Positions 56,260 to 58,450 of a stretch of 58,450 bases of DNA are shown piece by piece. Location: positions 1 through 58,450 of the forward strand of contig CALNBM010000038.1 in assembly GCA_937874195.1 (NCBI GenBank), in the 5' to 3' direction. This DNA is from an uncultured Clostridia bacterium. Its GTDB lineage: Bacteria; Bacillota; Clostridia; Christensenellales; UBA1242. The position numbers were made by a program, and so were the translations under genes. The stretch's first letter is position 1. The number at the start of each line of letters is the position of its first letter. Under the pieces are notes generated by a model, which was not told where the DNA came from, made no database searches, and saw only the letters and a program-made list of their open reading frames with translations.

Positions 56260-56289
56260 AAAGCAAGGCGACTCCGCGTTGCTTTTTTT
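56260..56289 (+). terminator. Rho-independent terminator after greA
   Basis: AAAGCAAGGCG-ACTC-CGCGTTGCTTT followed by a T-run. Confidence 0.75.
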
Positions 56290-56819
56290 GCGTAAACTGG
56301 CATTAAATTCGGTATATTTATAAGAAAAACGCGGGGGAATAATGGTGTTTCGTTCGATATCGTTTTAATAAAATGCAAAATAAGTTTCTAAAATTGCAAA
56401 AGTAATATTTAATATTTCGTTAAATCAAAATAACTTTAATGATAATTTATATCTGCCTATATCAATAAAATAATTGATAGTAATTTACTTAAAAACAATA
56501 AGGATTATTATTTAATATTTAATAGAAACATGAAAAGCTTGAAATCTATGTATTATTTGTATTGATTTTTGGCAGATTAAGTAAAGAGAGTAATTTTATC
56601 GATTGATTTATTAATTTTAAATTCCAATTTTGATTTTATTTTCATTTGTGTTCGGTCTTTATGTAAATTTGTTGCAAAAAATTTAAATTTATGATACTAT
56701 AACATAGTTAGTTTATTGTATTATATTAATAAACTTGCAATTTAAAATTATATTGATTATAAATTGATAATTTTAGGATTTCGGAAGTATCAATAAATAT
56801 GCGTAGAAATTACATAAAA

Positions 56820-56901
56820 GCCGAAGTGGCGGAATGGCAGACGCACACGACTCAAAATCGTGCGGGAAACCATGTGGGTTCAAATCCCACCTTCGGCACC
56901 A
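56820..56901 (+). tRNA. tRNA-Leu (anticodon CAA)
   Basis: Acceptor GCCGAAG/CTTCGGC, anticodon stem CACGA-CTCAAAA-TCGTG, short class II variable arm, T-loop GTTCAAATC, encoded CCA. Confidence 0.97.
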
Positions 56902-57149
56902 ACAATCTAAGAAGGCGATTAATTTTTAAAATATCTTTACGGTGCAAGTTAGTTTATATGTTTGCGCTATAAATACTTCGCTAAGGTTTCAAATTAACAA
57001 TTTTGGTGTATTAAAAATTTATTAGTGATTATACGCCAAAATTATGCAAAAAACGCTTAAAAAAAGTTGACTTGTTTGCGTTATTTATATATTAATAAAC
57101 TAATTGAATTTTTCAATGTAATTGATTTATTAAAAAGGAGAATAATAAC

Positions 57150-58450
57150 ATGAGCAAACTGGAAAGGTTGCATACTAAAGGAAAAGTGTTTTTTCTTGTG
57201 CTTGTTTTGTTTACAATAACAAGTTTGTTTTTTGTGGGTTGTTGGGGTAGCACCACAACCATCTTTACTGTTACTTTTGATTCACGCGGCGGAAGCGTTG
57301 TTGAAAGTATTGAGGTAGAGAAAGGTGACAAAATAACAATGACAGATGAGCCGGAAAAATATGGTTATATTTTTAATGGATGGTATATAGATCAAGTTCC
57401 TAGTGCATTATGGAGATTAAATAAAGATATTGTAACAAAAGACATAACTCTTTTTGCAAAATGGGAAATTGATGATGTAGTTGTGAACGAAGAGCAGGAT
57501 AATAAAATTAATGTTTTTGATACTTTGCTTTTAGATTATAACGAGAATGATTATAGTCCCGCAAATTGGAATATTCTGGAAGGATATATTAATAATGCGA
57601 TTGCTAATGTAAACTCAGCAACAACAGTTGAAGAAGTTGCTGCAATAGATGTTGCAACAGTTTCAGATAATTGTAATGCAGTGCTAACACTGGCGCAAGA
57701 GTTGGCTAACGCTAAATCCATAAAGAATGCCGAATTAGATTCTTTACTTACTGAATATACACAAAGTAATTATAGTCCCGAAAACTGGGATGCGCTTGTG
57801 GCAATAATTAACAACACAAAAGCAACAGTAACAAACGCAACTGAAATTGCAACCGTACATGCTATTATCATTAATGACATTAGAACACAGTGTGATGCAA
57901 TCGAAATGATAGCAGGAGAATTGGCTGACGCTAAAACCGCAAAAATTGGACAGTTAGATAATTTATTAAATAGTTATGTTCAAACTGATTACAGCCCTGC
58001 AAACTGGACTACTTTAACAGGATATATTAATACTGCTATTGCAGACGTAAATGCAGCTACAACAGTAGCGGAAGTTGATGCAGTAGATGTTGCAGTTGTT
58101 ACAACAAATTGTAATGCAGTGCAAACACTAGCACAAGAGTTGGCTGACGCTAAAACCGCAAAAATTGGACAGTTAAACACTTTATTGGGACAATATTTAG
58201 AAGTAAATTACAGTCCTGCAAACTGGACGACTTTGACCGGATATATTAATACAGCTATTGCAGACGTAAATGCAGCAACAACAGTAGCGGAAGTTGATGC
58301 AGTTAATGTTACAACAGTTACAAATAATTGCAATGCAGTGCTAACACTAGCGCAAGAGTTGGCTGATGCTAAGTTAGCAAAAAATGCCGAATTAGATGCT
58401 TTACTCACTGAATATACGCAAAGTAATTATAGTACAGACAACTGGAATGC
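57150..58450 (+). CDS. Surface lipoprotein with InlB B-repeat (Flg_new-like) domain and 73-aa helical repeats, 3'-truncated by window edge
   Basis: Not in the ORF track (no stop in window). AAGGAG RBS; MSKLERLHTKGKVFFLVLVLFTITSLFFVGC lipobox; TVTFDSRGGS...P.KYGYIFNGWY...DITLFAKW; then YSPANW repeats. Confidence 0.88.
   Translation, partial: MSKLERLHTKGKVFFLVLVLFTITSLFFVGCWGSTTTIFTVTFDSRGGSVVESIEVEKGDKITMTDEPEKYGYIFNGWYIDQVPSALWRLNKDIVTKDITLFAKWEIDDVVVNEEQDNKINVFDTLLLDYNENDYSPANWNILEGYINNAIANVNSATTVEEVAAIDVATVSDNCNAVLTLAQELANAKSIKNAELDSLLTEYTQSNYSPENWDALVAIINNTKATVTNATEIATVHAIIINDIRTQCDAIEMIAGELADAKTAKIGQLDNLLNSYVQTDYSPANWTTLTGYINTAIADVNAATTVAEVDAVDVAVVTTNCNAVQTLAQELADAKTAKIGQLNTLLGQYLEVNYSPANWTTLTGYINTAIADVNAATTVAEVDAVNVTTVTNNCNAVLTLAQELADAKLAKNAELDALLTEYTQSNYSTDNWN
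57490..58450 (+). repeat. 219-bp (73-aa) tandem coding repeats, FIVAR/DUF1542-like helical bundles
   Basis: Y-S-x-x-N-W codons recur at 57552, 57771, 57990, 58209 and 58428 (spacing 219). Confidence 0.9.

Noticed and set aside
56820-57150. tRNA-Leu as integration site of a mobile element
   Set aside because: No integrase and no duplicated tRNA 3' end seen within the window; this cannot be excluded beyond the right edge.

Overview
Low-GC chromosomal window from a spore-forming Bacillota, most likely a Clostridia-type genome (inferred from spmAB, sipL, spoIIR, veg, the [FeFe]-hydrogenase and gene order). The backbone is ordinary: 3' part of an [FeFe]-hydrogenase, rpmH-rnpA-yidD-yidC-jag, an ABC exporter, holB-ricT-tRNA methylase-rsmI, spmBA, metG-tatD-rsmA, veg-sipL-spoIIR, greA and tRNA-Leu(CAA). 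Several usual neighbours (dnaA, mnmE, tmk, yabA, abrB, rnmV, yabG, ispE, lysS) are absent from their expected positions. Inserted into this backbone are: (i) a tandem array of five mosaic HExxH zinc-metalloprotease-like paralogs plus a remnant of a sixth, each intact copy with its own copy of the same sigma-A promoter and no signal peptide or immunity gene; (ii) a divergent PD-(D/E)xK-like orphan; (iii) a 6285-aa GLUG-repeat lipoprotein; (iv) a ~1416-aa orphan; (v) a stand-alone VirB2/TrbC-like pilin; (vi) a repeat lipoprotein running off the right end. The most notable pattern is that three unrelated signal-peptide-less orphan families end in a similar tail (MER, LER, LER, LGR, EER, MTR, IER), reminiscent of C-terminal type IV secretion substrate signals. 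This suggests, as inference only, an effector repertoire of a contact-dependent (host-associated or parasitic) bacterium. No secretion ATPase or coupling protein is visible in this window.
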